DNA of 64,000 nt from NCBI GenBank assembly GCA_002633005.1, contig NMRA01000208.1:103504-167503 (forward strand). Direction: 5' to 3'. Positions 63,277-64,000 of the stretch are shown one piece after another. Under the pieces are notes generated by a model. It saw only the letters and a program-made list of their open reading frames with translations. It did not search any database and was not told where the DNA came from. The stretch comes from Phoronis australis. Its lineage: Eukaryota > Animalia > Phoronida. Made by a program: the position numbers and the translations under genes. How positions within the stretch are numbered: position 1 is the first letter of the stretch; each line of letters begins with the position of its first letter.

Positions 63277-64000
63277 TTTTACAGTCAGGTAGGGAAGGTG
63301 TATTGGAGTGCAAAAAAGCTTTCTATACATCGATGTTTGCAAAATACAAAAAGCCGTTGTCTATATATGTGTACTTAGCCAAATATCCAGAAAACTAAAA
63401 ATTTTAACTCCCCAAAAGTATAATTATATTTCCTGAAAGTGAAAATCCTGTAATATTTGATTTTTGGCTTGTCATTAATTGGGTCACGTGACCATGTCTT
63501 TTGGTAAAATTTAGGAAAAAAGAAATGAATACTAACAGCAAAAAACGGCCCAAATTTCACTTGAAATAAATGTCCAATGAAATCTTAAAAACTCTAATGT
63601 AGTTTTCTAAATTATCATTTCTTTTCTGTATTATGCAACTTGAAAATCATATAATTCCTATTGTCCCTCGTGAAAAAGTGGAACATTTCAAAAGCAATCC
63701 GTAACAGCGTACTGTGGCAGCACTGTGCACAAAGCATAGTATCTGAAAGCCTCATAAGAATGCAATCAGCCGCTCTTGAGATATGATGTTCCGAAGTTAA
63801 CCATATATGTATATATATTCGCCCATCGTCGGATTATTTCATTTGCCTATAGATCGGGATCAAGGTAACCACTTTACTGAATCCTTCTTATTGCTGGGAA
63901 TTTAGGGGGATATCTCTGATTTACTGGGAATTTTTCTTGCATTACTGCAGGCCAAGTTTGGCTAGGAATGTAGAGGACCCTTATCTTGTTCTTAAGGAAA

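Overview
This window is metazoan (invertebrate-like) nuclear DNA, not prokaryotic. It is AT-rich, has GT-AG introns, and contains no operons, rRNA or CRISPR. Most of the supplied ORF track is noise produced by allowing GTG/TTG starts. Three host genes are supported, all on the minus strand. (1) A secreted, acidic, dibasic-site-rich prohormone/granin-like precursor, with one large coding exon at 12485-13460 and a 3' end probably elsewhere. (2) A complete spartin (SPG20) gene that I assembled by hand from six phase-compatible coding exons (52692 to 39100, 1488 nt, 495 aa). (3) A single-coding-exon tetraspan MS4A/CD20-like gene at 60707-61291. The rest is decayed mobile DNA and repeats: three Penelope-like GIY-YIG relics, a DIRS/Ngaro-type tyrosine recombinase scrap, an internally deleted hAT transposase present twice, tRNA-derived SINEs, several MITE/foldback families, many minisatellites and an intronless kinase pseudogene. 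Three near-identical tandem duplications each end at an N and are probably uncollapsed haplotypes. I cannot demonstrate a new biological system. The most unusual items are an 8-copy 25-bp array that tandemly amplifies a spartin splice donor, the unassigned granin-like precursor, the truncated kinase relic and a nest of long palindromes upstream of spartin. All family assignments come from motif recognition by eye; no database search was run.
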